This document shows, in pieces, positions 45,236 to 56,744 of a stretch of 64,000 bases of DNA. The stretch is from Histomonas meleagridis 2922-C6/04-290x. Taxonomy: Eukaryota; Protista; Parabasalia. The stretch is from contig JAANOX010000095.1 of the NCBI GenBank assembly GCA_020184695.1, positions 124,001 to 188,000 of the forward strand, written 5' to 3'. The notes beneath the pieces were generated by a model. It was not told the DNA's origin. It saw only the letters and a list, made by a program, of their open reading frames with translations, and ran no database searches. Both the position numbers and the translations under genes were made by a program. The first letter of the stretch is position 1, and every line of letters starts with the position of its first letter.

Positions 45236-46753
45236 GTGAAAAACAACGTTTTTTTTATGGGAGAAACAAACACAAAATTTCAACCATCAGCTTTCGGGAC
45301 AAACGTAACATTAAAAGAAAATCCATTTCTTGTTGACGATGTTTCTAAGTCTAACAGGATTTTAAATGCAGTTAAAAAACCCACAAAATGCTTAATTTAT
45401 AGAACAGAGCCTCCTTCTCTTCATATTACAAAAAATGAATTTCCAACAGTTCTACAATTAAATCAAAAAAATTTCCAAGAAATTCCAATAATTCCAGATA
45501 ACATTCGAATTCTGATTATGAGAGAAAACTCTATTAAAACAATGAAACCTCTTTCAGGTCATCCAAATTTAGAGGTCATTGATGTTTCTTCAAACTTAGT
45601 ACAAGATTTTGATTTTGATCCAATTCCAGATAAAATCAGAGCCTTATTTGCGGCTTCCAATTTCATATCCAACATAGCTACAAAAGGTATATTCAAAAAC
45701 CTTCAAGTATTAAATCTTTGTGGAAATAAATTTTCTAATTTTTCTTTTTCCCAATTCCCTCAGCTAAAAACTCTTAATCTTTCATTCAACCGATTTGAAT
45801 CCTTTACTCTTGATTCTTCCACTCTTGTTGAGCTTTCTATTCAAAACAATTCACTACGGAAATTTGAAGTAATTAATTCACAATCACTTACACATTTGAA
45901 CATAAGTGACAACCATCTTACTTCCATTGAGTTCATCACCAAAATCCCTAATCTCCAAGAACTTAATGCCGAATCGAATAACTTTACACAAAATTGGATT
46001 TCATTTGCTGTCACTTTTTCGCCTCACCTTTCGATTCTTAATCATCGACAAGTTACTGAGCATGAACGTGCCATTCATTATAATCGTATTTCTAATCTTA
46101 ATAAAGCAGCGCAACCTCAATTTCCTCATCAGCAAGTTTTGGAAATCCGTAATTTATTCCGACAATTCAAAGATATATCATCAAAAACAATTTCTTTCTC
46201 ATCCAACAACATAGAAGAAACATGGATTACATACTCCAACGACAAATTACAACGAAAAGCTGAAATTGAAGAACATTCGTACTCGATTCCATGCGCAATG
46301 ATTGAAGGAACAGATTTGTCATTAACATTTTATGGGACAATTAACGAAGGGTGTGAAGTTAATGTCCAAAAGGTTAAAACGTTATGTCTAAATTATGTGC
46401 CAATTATCAAAGATAGTGAAGTTGAAAAGAAAGTTATTAAATTTGCAGAGTTTTGTCCAACAATGTTAATACTGAATAATAACTTGTTAAGAAATGTAAT
46501 TGATGTCGTTTTTCTGAGGTTTTTTAAGACTGTGGAAATAATTCGAGTTGAGGGAAATCCGATAATGCGGATGACGCTGTTTAGGCCATTGTTATCTTAT
46601 TTGATGCCTTCGCTGTTGGTCGTGAACGGTGTTGCGATAACAGAAGCGGAAAGGAATTCTGGAATAAGTCATTTCCAATTTCTACTGAAGTATACGCTTG
46701 GATTTGATGTGCAATACTATGAATATGAAGAGGAAGAAGAAGAATATATGTAA
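45236..46753 (+). CDS. Leucine-rich repeat protein (SDS22-like LRRs, LRRC49/LRRC9-like)
   Basis: L..LNL..N repeats; two LRR-cap segments (FSPHLSILNHRQVTEHER; VEGNPI...YLMPSLLVVNGVAITEAER). Start is probably ATG 45257. Confidence 0.7.
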   Translation: MKNNVFFMGETNTKFQPSAFGTNVTLKENPFLVDDVSKSNRILNAVKKPTKCLIYRTEPPSLHITKNEFPTVLQLNQKNFQEIPIIPDNIRILIMRENSIKTMKPLSGHPNLEVIDVSSNLVQDFDFDPIPDKIRALFAASNFISNIATKGIFKNLQVLNLCGNKFSNFSFSQFPQLKTLNLSFNRFESFTLDSSTLVELSIQNNSLRKFEVINSQSLTHLNISDNHLTSIEFITKIPNLQELNAESNNFTQNWISFAVTFSPHLSILNHRQVTEHERAIHYNRISNLNKAAQPQFPHQQVLEIRNLFRQFKDISSKTISFSSNNIEETWITYSNDKLQRKAEIEEHSYSIPCAMIEGTDLSLTFYGTINEGCEVNVQKVKTLCLNYVPIIKDSEVEKKVIKFAEFCPTMLILNNNLLRNVIDVVFLRFFKTVEIIRVEGNPIMRMTLFRPLLSYLMPSLLVVNGVAITEAERNSGISHFQFLLKYTLGFDVQYYEYEEEEEEYM

Positions 46754-47450
46754 ATGTTTTTATATCGAATTTTAGCATAAATTTATTTGAAATATTATGT
46801 GTGCTTATGTTCTAATGTGTTTGTTCTAAATCAGAGTAAAGTTATATATAGCCGATATGTTTCATGGATTGAAAGTATTATATTTTGTGAATTTGGAAAT
46901 TGTTATCAACTTCAATGTATTTATTTATGAGATTATAACCCAGATTTTGTTGAAAATGCATTTTATAATTTTGCTGCAAAGTTATAACATATTCAACGTC
47001 TAAAGACTCGATATTTGGAAGTTTATATGCTGATAAAGCATACACAGGCATTTGCAATCCAATTTCAGCACATTCATTTAGTCAATCAAACACATTTACA
47101 CAATTTTTTTCAAATGATCCTATATCATTTTTGAAAATTTAAATACAGAAAAAAATCCACAACAAATATAATGCGCTTTTCTAAATTCAAGTCAAAGCTA
47201 TTAATTCACAAATTATTCGAAGGATAACTCTATAACGAGAATATGTATCTCTGATTAAGCCAAGCAAAACCACAATGAGTTAAAGCAGTTTCCAAAATTC
47301 AGTAATCCACAAAACGAAACATAACTCTGCAATGTGTTTGGTAGCTAAAGCTGTTACGTAACACCATAACGAGTCAAAACGTTTCCTAATTACACCCAAA
47401 CCATCGATATATCGACTGAATGCCAAATCATTAACAAAAATCACTTCACG

Positions 47451-48158
47451 CACCATATGCATCACATTACTTCACACACCATATGCATCACATTACTTCA
47501 CACACCATATGCATCACATTACTTCACACACCATATGCATCACATTACTTCACACACCATATGCATCACATTACTTCACACCATATGCATCACATTACTT
47601 CACACACCATATGCATCACATTACTTCACACACCATATGCATCACATTACTTCACACACCATATGCATCACATTACTTCACACACCATATGCATCACATT
47701 ACTTCACACACCATATGCATCACATTACTTCACACACCATATGCATAACATTACTTCACACACCATATGCATCACATTACTTCACACACCATATGCATCA
47801 CATTACTTCACACACCATATGCATCACATTACTTCACACACCATATGCATCACATTACTTCACACACCATATGCATCACATTACTTCACACACCATATGC
47901 ATCACATTACTTCACACACCATATGCATCACATTACTTCACACACCATATGCATCACATTACTTCACACACCATATGCATCACATTACTTCACACACCAT
48001 ATGCATCACATTACTTCACACACCATATGCATCACATTACTTCACACACCATATGCATCACATTACTTCACACACCATATGCATCACATCACATTACTTC
48101 ACACACCATATGCATCACATTACTTCACACACCATATGCATCACATCACATTACTTCA
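47451..48158. repeat. 26-nt minisatellite (caccatatgcatcacattacttcaca), about 27 copies
   Basis: Head-to-tail copies with no unique spacers; a 24-nt variant near 47570 and 31-nt variants near 48085 and 48145. Confidence 0.95.
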
Positions 48159-48251
48159 CGTCTCATTTCGCTTCCCCTTCGGATAAAGCCGCGCGATGTT
48201 TCCACATTTCCACAGTTACAGCCTACACTCGATACACATATACACATTTAC

Positions 48252-51200
48252 TCACAATACGTTTGGCCTGAATTCTGTTATCATTGCACCATTTCTTATT
48301 GCGCGCGACGGCACGTACTTTGCCTCCTTTGCCACTATTTCATTTTCTATTATCGCTGACATCTCCTTCTGATCCTTCCCCTTCGCAACGTTCACTGCGT
48401 CATCCTCCACGAATGCGTACAGCGCCGCGAACTCCTCCATCAATCCGCTGAAGCACTCCATTTCAGATTCCCAGTTTACCTTCGTCGCAATGTTCCTCAA
48501 GAACAGCGGCATCGCTTCCAGACTTGGCACGAACTTACCGACCTTCGGCATTGTCTTGATTACGTTTCCATTACTTTCTATGTTCATAGAGAAGTAATCA
48601 CTCAGTAACCCATTCTTATCATTCAGTAATTCCTTCACTTTAATTTGCAGATCATCGGAAACGCATTCATTAACATTAATGTCAACTGTAATGGAAGTAA
48701 AGTTCGCAAACATTTCAAGAAACTTCCAGTAGAAGTAATCCTTCATAAGTCCAAACAATGAACATATAAATAAACTATTACCACATTTGAAAAGTGCCGC
48801 GCGTAAACCTATGAAACCGCAAAAAGTGGAAATGTGTAACATGTCAAATAGTTCTCTGTCTTCGTTTTGTTGTAACTGCTCTTTAAGTTGGATAATACTG
48901 TCGAGTGTGACAACACGAAATGGCCGAATTGTTTCCTTCATTGATGACAATAATTGTTCAATGGTTTGAGACTTTGGATCTAAAATTGGTTTCGTGTTCC
49001 GCTTCTTCTTAATTGGCTCAAACTTTAACTCAGAGAAAATGCTCATCTTACTCCGCTTTTGTTGGCGTGTCTGCACTCTGTTGGCGATGGAACTTATGGC
49101 TTGCGCTTGCGCTTCGGCTTCAAAGGACGCCGTGTCGTGTATCTGCTGCTGCATAATGGACTCAACGCTACATTCGCTTGATACTATTGGTGGATTAAGT
49201 TGTGTTTCCGGTGGCGGCGGATTTGGCTTGTTGACATAGCTGGTGCGAAGTGCGCTGGCGCTGAAGTCAAAGCGGGGAGTATGCGACGCGGCCTGTTTGT
49301 GGAGATCACGAGCACTGACAAATGTGGTTTTGGCGTTCGACTCATTGCTGTCTTTCTTTATTGTGTTTGGAATATGATTTATGTTTTGCTGAGTTTCATT
49401 TCTTTTGGTGTTTATATCTGTTCTGTTCAAAATGTTTTGTGTCCGCGGAGTTTCATTTCGTTTGTTGTTTGTGTTTATTTGTGGTTTTTCTATTTCATTT
49501 CTTTTGTTATTTGTTTTTTCTACTGCATTTATAATATCAGTTTTGGTGAAATTTGTTTTTTCTGTTTCAAAACTGCGTCCAATGTTAGACATGAATTTAT
49601 TTTGTTGTGTTTCGTTCGTTTGTCTTTGTGATGGTTCATATATAAGTGTTACGTCATATCTTTGACTAATGCTTTCTGTTTGCTTTGGGGGTGTTGCGGT
49701 CATGTTTTCGATGTCATATTTTTTAGTATCAAATCCATCATTATAATTGTTGTCAATTTGACTTTTAGAATTATTATGTTCTCTATTTCGATAATTACTG
49801 AATTCATTTTGTGTTCTTTCATTAGTAATAAAATAATTTTTTGAGTTTTGTTCAAATGTATTATTTGTTGAATCTGTAATTCCTTCCATATAATTATTTG
49901 ATGTTCCATTTATTGGTGTTATTTTAATCTCTTGATCTAAGAAATCTATGTCATCTTTTAACTTCAAATCAGCTTGAGATGTTGGAACTACATCTACAAA
50001 ATTTTGGATTGGTTGATTATTGATTACATTAATTTCTTCTTCTTTTTGATTATTTATATTAAGTAATCCTTCTCTATATGAAGGCTTTTGTGAAAAAATA
50101 TTTCCATGTTGACCAATCGCAACTAAGAATTCTCTCTCTGAAGAAATACCATTCTGTAAGAATAAGTTATCTGTCGCTTGAGACATTGATTTCGTTTCAT
50201 TTGATTTTTGTGGCGACGGCGGTTGTGACTTCACTGGTGAAAGTGGAAATTCACTCGAAGGAATTGGGAAGTTTACACTGTTCTTTTGCTTTTTAGCGGC
50301 AAATCCACTAAATTCAGTAATCAATGCATTCTTTGGAATAGTTTTAGCTTTAGATTTGTTTCTTTTTAGATTTTGTTGGGAAGTACTACTTGCAATTTGT
50401 TCATCTAATTCAGTTTTAACTCTTTCACATATCGCTTGAATGATTTCTGCTTCGTCAAGGAAACAAACAACTTGCTTGGAAGGATGAATATTGACATCAA
50501 CGTTTTGTGGAGGCATTGAAAGAACAGCAAAATAAAATGGGAGACATGTGCTAGCAGGTGTTGAAGAATATACTTCTTCAATGCCTTTCCTGAGTTTGTC
50601 ATTCGTTACTAATCTTCCATTTATGAATAAGGCATTGGTATGTTTTGGTTGAGGATAAAATGGATTATTCAAATACATCTCGACTGAAACATGGCCTTCT
50701 AACTTAAACCCAATATGAAAGAAAGTATTACTGGATTCAACTTCAAATAATAGTTTTAATACTTTGTCTGGGGTTGAATTTCCAAATGTTCGAACTTTCT
50801 CTTGTCGATCAACAAAAACTGCAAACCTGATTTCTGGATGAATTACAGCATATTTTGATACAATGTCTGCAATGTTTCGTGATGTTGAAATTGGTTTGAT
50901 TGATTTCAACCGAAGTGGATAATTATAAAAAAGATCTTGTGCTTCAATTATAGTACCTTGAGTAGCAGCTATATCTTTTATGCCTCCTTCCATTTCGCCA
51001 TTGGAAAAATTCGCATAATAACCAACATCTGAATCTTCTGTTTTAGTTGTAATTTTTAAATGAGAAACGCATGAAATAGAAAAAAGAGCTTCGCCTCTGA
51101 AACCAAAAGTTGTTATAGTCGATAAATCATTAAATTCGCGAAGTTTTGATGTTGTATGACGTCGACATGCAATTGGTAAATCTGACCTTTGAATTCCACA

Positions 51201-51389
51201 TCCATCATCAATTATTTTTATAAGCGAGTATCCTCCTTTTTCGATATAAATTGAAATTCGAGTTGCTCCTGCATCAATAGAATTTTCTAATAATTCTTTG
51301 ACAGCATTTTCTGGACTTGTTATGGCTTCTCCTGCTGCTATTCGATTTACAACTTTTGGATCAAGAGCAACTATTGACCTTTGGTGCAT
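48252..51389 (-). CDS. MLH1: DNA mismatch repair protein MLH1 (MutL homologue) with a long low-complexity linker
   Basis: VVNRIAAGE, AVKELLENSIDAG, DDGCGI, TTSKL, TFGFRGEAL, DVNIHPSKQ; C-terminal Mlh1_C-like region (R.VTLDSIIQLKEQL, LLSDYFSM, PSLEAMPLFL, VNWESEMECF). Confidence 0.92.
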   Translation of the reverse strand: MHQRSIVALDPKVVNRIAAGEAITSPENAVKELLENSIDAGATRISIYIEKGGYSLIKIIDDGCGIQRSDLPIACRRHTTSKLREFNDLSTITTFGFRGEALFSISCVSHLKITTKTEDSDVGYYANFSNGEMEGGIKDIAATQGTIIEAQDLFYNYPLRLKSIKPISTSRNIADIVSKYAVIHPEIRFAVFVDRQEKVRTFGNSTPDKVLKLLFEVESSNTFFHIGFKLEGHVSVEMYLNNPFYPQPKHTNALFINGRLVTNDKLRKGIEEVYSSTPASTCLPFYFAVLSMPPQNVDVNIHPSKQVVCFLDEAEIIQAICERVKTELDEQIASSTSQQNLKRNKSKAKTIPKNALITEFSGFAAKKQKNSVNFPIPSSEFPLSPVKSQPPSPQKSNETKSMSQATDNLFLQNGISSEREFLVAIGQHGNIFSQKPSYREGLLNINNQKEEEINVINNQPIQNFVDVVPTSQADLKLKDDIDFLDQEIKITPINGTSNNYMEGITDSTNNTFEQNSKNYFITNERTQNEFSNYRNREHNNSKSQIDNNYNDGFDTKKYDIENMTATPPKQTESISQRYDVTLIYEPSQRQTNETQQNKFMSNIGRSFETEKTNFTKTDIINAVEKTNNKRNEIEKPQINTNNKRNETPRTQNILNRTDINTKRNETQQNINHIPNTIKKDSNESNAKTTFVSARDLHKQAASHTPRFDFSASALRTSYVNKPNPPPPETQLNPPIVSSECSVESIMQQQIHDTASFEAEAQAQAISSIANRVQTRQQKRSKMSIFSELKFEPIKKKRNTKPILDPKSQTIEQLLSSMKETIRPFRVVTLDSIIQLKEQLQQNEDRELFDMLHISTFCGFIGLRAALFKCGNSLFICSLFGLMKDYFYWKFLEMFANFTSITVDINVNECVSDDLQIKVKELLNDKNGLLSDYFSMNIESNGNVIKTMPKVGKFVPSLEAMPLFLRNIATKVNWESEMECFSGLMEEFAALYAFVEDDAVNVAKGKDQKEMSAIIENEIVAKEAKYVPSRAIRNGAMITEFRPNVL

Positions 51390-51939
51390 TTGAGTTTTAT
51401 CTTTGGTGAGTTCACTATCGGATAAACGGCTTCCAAATTTACCAGTTTTCGCGGCAAACCGTTTCCAGAACGATATAACTTTTTAATAGCACCTTCAAAC
51501 AAACTTTTTGATTACCTTGCTAAAATTTAAGACGATCGTTGCCAATTCAAAATGTGGTTCCACAAAATGCTCTCTACTTTTTGAATACTTTATTGTGATA
51601 ATCACTTATATATGGTTCATATAATCATTGTAAAGCATTCATTTTTAGCCACTTTTTAATTCAATCTCAGATTAATTGCTCAGTATATTGAAAAAGTTTT
51701 GTTTATAATCAAAAAGTTCTATCGTATCTATACATATAAATGATGTTGATGTGTATTTGGAATTCTTTAAAGGATTTGATGATTTTGAAAAAAAAATAGT
51801 AAAATCAATTCAAAAATATTTTCACTTCATTTGCAAGAAAATACGATCCAAAAAATTATTTCATGCAAAAAATCCAAAAAATTATATAAATTAAACTATA
51901 TTGTGGATAAACTATCATAAATAAATTTGTTTGATTTAA

Positions 51940-52130
51940 AATCAATTTTAATAATTTCGGGGTTCAATATAATATTTGGAAATTTCCAAATATTATTTAA
52001 ATTACATAGACCAGCACTTATAAATGAATATATCCTAGGTCATATAGAAATAGTTAAATTACTTCTTGAACAAGTAGTAGAATTAATGTTCATTTATCAT
52101 ATCTAATATTTATTTAAAGATTTGTTTATG
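51940..52130 (+). pseudogene. Solo degenerate ankyrin module with flanking linker sequence
   Basis: PALINEYILGHIEIVKLLLEQVVEL from 52011, preceded by linker-like aataatatttggaaat...tatttaaatta. Confidence 0.6.
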
Positions 52131-52233
52131 ATGAAATATAGTTATTATTGTTCACAATGGAAAGTCATATTACTTATGAACCCAAAATTTTCACAAAAGA
52201 AAAAAATAAAATATTTATTTAAGCAAATAATGT

Positions 52234-54165
52234 CTATGGGATGTATATTAAATTTCCCGATTCATCTTCTTCAATAAATGACTTCTTTTTTAACACTCCA
52301 ATCCTTGAATTAAATAATTTTTCTGATATCGATAAAACAAAGTGTTTCTGTGTTTCTCTCAGCAAATCCATTTTATTCATACTTTTATTTTCCTTTAATA
52401 TTCTTGATATAAGTGCGTCAATTTGAGCATTTGTTGTCATCATATTCCACATTTTTGAAATTTTTTCTGTTTCATTTCTGTCATTAGGAAAATTAAATGG
52501 TACTTTGATAGTTTTCACATCCATTGTATCACATAATTGATACGTATTTTGATTCCGTAAATTTATTAAATAATTTGATGACATGACTTTCAAATATTTT
52601 TCAATGTCCGTTTGAGAAATATTAGTTTCTTTCATAATATCTTCAATTGTTTTTGGGCCATCACTTAAACAATACAAAAGAATTGCTATAATGCCATCAC
52701 ATTTCACATTAAGTTTTTGTATGCTTAAGGTAAAAGTGGTTAACCGTAAGTTGAATTGAATTTTCCTATTTCTGAATTTTTGCGTGTAAAACATTGAAAA
52801 CTTCGTAAATTCATTTGAAATGAATTCTGGCAAATTTACATTTGGAGTATCAACTGGAATTGACCATAATGATGATGGCAATGCTTTTATGCTAAAAGAA
52901 TTAGAGATACCTTGTGTACATTTCTTATATTCTTTAAAAACCTTTCGACTTTCTTCATATTCATCAATTACAGTTTGGAACTTTTTTGCATATAACATTC
53001 CATACTTTTTTCGATATTCGTTAACAAACTCTCGATCGAAGTAAATTTCTTTAAACAAAAGCCTTTTAATCATTGAAGATAAAAACAAACTTTGGAAAAG
53101 TTCAATTTCTTGGATGATTTTGATTGTTGAAGTGTATTTAGCTATTGATATATCTTTACGAATCTTTTCATCCAAAAAACGTGAAAAATATGTTACAAAA
53201 GGATTTGCATACGAACTTAATTTGTTCCTTAAAGCATTCTCAATAGTAATTCGAAGAAAAAAGCTTTGTTGTTTTTCTAAACTTTCACAAAGCTCAATAA
53301 TTTGTGAGTAGTCTTGCCTAAATTCAATTGATTTAAGAGCAATAACAAAATTTGAACGAAGCTCATTTGAAAAAGTGAGGATTTCAAATATTATCGGTTG
53401 ATAACGTTTCTCAGCAAGAGATAATTGAAGCAAATTGTTTTGAACCCCACTTCGTGCTAAAATGAGAACAAGTTTTCGAAGAAACACCAATTCATATGAT
53501 GGAATTAGGTTAAATACATCAATAAAATAGGAGCACTCATCTGCTAAGGATATTCCTTGAAACATTATTCTGATGAAAGAATTAATAGAATTTGGTGTGA
53601 GAAGTTCAATTGCAGAAATTAATTGAAGTGTTTCTTTAATTCTATTTTTTTCAAGTTGAAGATTTGGAATTCCACAATTTGTGATTAAAATATCACCAAG
53701 ATCTATTTTCTCTTTATTACTTTTGTTTAAAATGTCATGGAACTTGCTGTTAAGCATTTGTAAAAAATCATTTTCATTATCAAAAAACATGGAGAATGTT
53801 GAATTTAATCTTTTTGATTCTTTTTGATATAATGCAAATGTGGAAAGAATAGAACTTAAGTCAGAAAGTTTGAGCTTGCGAACAATTTTTTTTAATAATT
53901 TATTTGCCTTATCTTTGATATAATTTCTTATTTCAATTCTATAATTTGATATTGCATAAGAGTAAAGCTGTCTTAATTGTAAGTTATTTATTTTTTTGTC
54001 GTTAAAAATTATATCTACGAGTTCTTGCCAATTTTCTGATAAATTTTTCATTTCGAGTTTGAAAGAAATTGTGACTCTTGTTTGTACAGGCACATCATCA
54101 GCAAGCGATCTAATTCTTATTTTATTTAAAGCAATATATGCTTGCTGGGTTTGGTTTTTTTGCAT
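52234..54165 (-). CDS. Divergent cullin family protein
   Basis: LFQSLFLSSMIKRLL, KALPSSLW, FYTQKFRNRKIQF, C-terminal QIDALISRILKENK (neddylation motif IVRIMK-like) and FIEEDESGNLIYIP. Confidence 0.8.
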   Translation of the reverse strand: MQKNQTQQAYIALNKIRIRSLADDVPVQTRVTISFKLEMKNLSENWQELVDIIFNDKKINNLQLRQLYSYAISNYRIEIRNYIKDKANKLLKKIVRKLKLSDLSSILSTFALYQKESKRLNSTFSMFFDNENDFLQMLNSKFHDILNKSNKEKIDLGDILITNCGIPNLQLEKNRIKETLQLISAIELLTPNSINSFIRIMFQGISLADECSYFIDVFNLIPSYELVFLRKLVLILARSGVQNNLLQLSLAEKRYQPIIFEILTFSNELRSNFVIALKSIEFRQDYSQIIELCESLEKQQSFFLRITIENALRNKLSSYANPFVTYFSRFLDEKIRKDISIAKYTSTIKIIQEIELFQSLFLSSMIKRLLFKEIYFDREFVNEYRKKYGMLYAKKFQTVIDEYEESRKVFKEYKKCTQGISNSFSIKALPSSLWSIPVDTPNVNLPEFISNEFTKFSMFYTQKFRNRKIQFNLRLTTFTLSIQKLNVKCDGIIAILLYCLSDGPKTIEDIMKETNISQTDIEKYLKVMSSNYLINLRNQNTYQLCDTMDVKTIKVPFNFPNDRNETEKISKMWNMMTTNAQIDALISRILKENKSMNKMDLLRETQKHFVLSISEKLFNSRIGVLKKKSFIEEDESGNLIYIP

Positions 54166-54256
54166 TTTTGGTTGCTCAAGGGTGCTCCTGGATACGTTAA
54201 GAATCTATCGTACAATTCGTTTCTGTGTCACTTTTTAATATCAAGCATTTTTTTCG

Positions 54257-56017
54257 ATGTCTGCAAGGATCTATTCCCTTGAAGAAATCGATCACATTAA
54301 ACCTCAAGTTCATAAAAGTATGTTGTTTATATTAAAAGATTTTTGTTTTAAAGATATTGCACAGAAATTGCTATTTTCTAACTCAGCGTTAATGAGTGTG
54401 AAAATTCTTCAAACGCCTAAAGGAAAAAAAGCTCAAGTTAGTAGCAGCCTTGGAGATGATTCTCACAATGATATTCCATTAACACCAAAACAATTAATTC
54501 AAACAGAAATAAACAGGTTGACAGAACCAAGGTGTCACCAAATCGCCGAAGATATAAACCATATTCATGAGTTTTCTCCCAAACTTGGTTTTCATGTTTC
54601 GATTGATGAAATTTCTGAAGTATTAATTAATAATGGAATAATTAATACAGAAAACCCACACAAACTAACAAAGGTACACAGCAATTATCAAACCTTACTC
54701 AAAAGTTTATTTCAGATTAACCATAATTTCATGGAATCAATAAAAAAGATTACACTCCAGAAATTCCAAAATTATATTGATTCAAAATTCGATGAAAATC
54801 GAAAATACGAAGCAATTGGTTGCTGGATTTCCAACTTATTAGTTATTGGTTGTATCACCACAAAAGAGTATTTCAATCTATTATATTCATTCATTAAATC
54901 TTTTCCCGACAACATAGAAGTTGCTTGTGCAGCAATTTCTTCTTCTTTGTTCATTTCTGGGCAAGCTTTAGATGATGCATTAGTTCCAGAGAGTAATTTT
55001 TTCTATAGGTTTTTACTTAATAACCACAATAGCTTACATAGCTTAATTCGCTTTCGGATTGTTGATCTTCTCACTGAAAGAAATCGCACGTTAACTCCTT
55101 TAACGTCGCCGACTTCCAACACAAACAAAAGTATTGAAACTTCTCAAATTCAGAGGAAAACCGCCAGTAAAGTTGATGAAGTTTCTATTAGTGAAGAATT
55201 AGAAAGAATTTTCAACGAAGAGTTTATAAAAAACAAAACACCAAAATTCACATTTTCAACAAAAGACATTACTTGGAAGATATTAAATCAGTCAATTATT
55301 AATAGCAGAGAAAATATCGAACAATGGGAGGATTTTGGCGTTTGTTACTTGAATAATTGTTCTGATTTCTTCCAGCCACAGAAACCAGATGTATATTTTG
55401 AAAATTTGAAGCAAATTTATGATGAGCAATACTCACCAAATAACTTAGCAAAACTTCTGGCGATGTTTATAGAATATGTAGCACAGAAAGACGCAACTTT
55501 CATCAAAGTTTTTGAAAAATGTATTGATTTCATTAATGAAATCATAAAAATGCAAGACACCCCATCAAATGGGAAAGGTTTATCCTCGTGGGGTAGTCTT
55601 GTTCGTTGTTTCATTCGACAAGATATCGAATGGACAATTCCTCTTGATTTAGCCAAACTAATATCCGACACTATTTACAAAAAAGTGACGGAATTTCAAC
55701 AGGAAAAAAGTGCCAAACCGTTTTACGACTTTTTGAATTGGATCGTTTTTTATGTTCCTTGCGATGAAGAAAAACCTCAAGATAAATTTTTCGAGATATC
55801 TTCTAATGAAAAGGAAATAGATCCATTCTATTTGGCAATGTTCTTTGGTTATTGTATTCCTCAAGATGAGAATGATGATTTTGTATATGATATCTCAAAG
55901 TTCTCAAGCTTGAAAGAAAAATACAAAAATACATTTATTCCTTTAATGGATGTGATGTTTGCAGATTATCCAGAGGAAAAAGAAAAAATAAAAAGTCTAA
56001 TTGCTAAAAGTGAATAA
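54257..56017 (+). CDS. MIF4G/eIF4G-like HEAT-repeat protein (tentative)
   Basis: N-terminal RIYSLEEI resembles an eIF4E-binding motif; LIQTEINRLTE resembles the MIF4G start ILNKLT; helical composition. Confidence 0.45.
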   Translation: MSARIYSLEEIDHIKPQVHKSMLFILKDFCFKDIAQKLLFSNSALMSVKILQTPKGKKAQVSSSLGDDSHNDIPLTPKQLIQTEINRLTEPRCHQIAEDINHIHEFSPKLGFHVSIDEISEVLINNGIINTENPHKLTKVHSNYQTLLKSLFQINHNFMESIKKITLQKFQNYIDSKFDENRKYEAIGCWISNLLVIGCITTKEYFNLLYSFIKSFPDNIEVACAAISSSLFISGQALDDALVPESNFFYRFLLNNHNSLHSLIRFRIVDLLTERNRTLTPLTSPTSNTNKSIETSQIQRKTASKVDEVSISEELERIFNEEFIKNKTPKFTFSTKDITWKILNQSIINSRENIEQWEDFGVCYLNNCSDFFQPQKPDVYFENLKQIYDEQYSPNNLAKLLAMFIEYVAQKDATFIKVFEKCIDFINEIIKMQDTPSNGKGLSSWGSLVRCFIRQDIEWTIPLDLAKLISDTIYKKVTEFQQEKSAKPFYDFLNWIVFYVPCDEEKPQDKFFEISSNEKEIDPFYLAMFFGYCIPQDENDDFVYDISKFSSLKEKYKNTFIPLMDVMFADYPEEKEKIKSLIAKSE

Positions 56018-56160
56018 AATGAATAATATCTTCTAAATATATTTTATTTTTTTTGATTAAATTACAAGTCCAAAATGCAGAACTCAAATGGAAATTTCTT
56101 ATTTCATGAAATTCATTTCTTTTAGATTCCGTATAGAATAAATTTCAAAAGACGTTTTAC

Positions 56161-56601
56161 TTATAGGCCTAATGCTTTCTTGAGATCTTCAAATGTTGCT
56201 TCGCCCTTTGCAGTAAGATCTGATACATCTACATCTTTAAACCCAAGAAGTGACAAAAAGTCAGTAATTTCTTCATTTGAGAGTGTGCCTGATTTATCAG
56301 TATCCATGGCTTCAAATAAGATACGAGCAATTGCATCAGGATCAGTTTCAATTCTCATAAGTTGGTGAAAGAAATCACAAAATTCATCAAAACTTATAGT
56401 TCCATTTTTATCAGTATCAAAAATTCGCATCATGCATGGGACAAGTTCCACTGGAAAATCAATATCTTTGAAGAAAGATGTGACTTCGTTTACATCAAGT
56501 GCACCATTGCCATCAGTATCAAATGAATCAAATCCAGCACGAAGGTCAGCAAGTTCTTCATCGGTGAACTTCTTCTTGAGCTCAATCTTTCCGTTTTCCA
56601 T
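56161..56601 (-). CDS. Calmodulin-like EF-hand protein
   Basis: EF loops DTDGNGALDVNE, DTDKNGTISFDE, DTDKSGTLSNEE; fourth loop degenerate. Confidence 0.9.
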   Translation of the reverse strand: MENGKIELKKKFTDEELADLRAGFDSFDTDGNGALDVNEVTSFFKDIDFPVELVPCMMRIFDTDKNGTISFDEFCDFFHQLMRIETDPDAIARILFEAMDTDKSGTLSNEEITDFLSLLGFKDVDVSDLTAKGEATFEDLKKALGL

Positions 56602-56744
56602 TTATCAAGTGAAGTGATGCTTACAGAAAAAATTCAACGCGCACTGAAAATTGATAAAACGTTGCAATAACCGCAAAAACTTTGTGTGGGGTCACAGATA
56701 AACGTTCTCACGCATAATAACGTATATTTTGAACGTTAAGATAT

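Noticed and set aside
47457-48359. His/Thr-rich ORFs (300, 262, 139 and 79 aa) over the minisatellite
   Set aside because: They are open in several frames only because the 26-nt unit lacks stops. Not a credible protein, and not a CRISPR array (no spacers).
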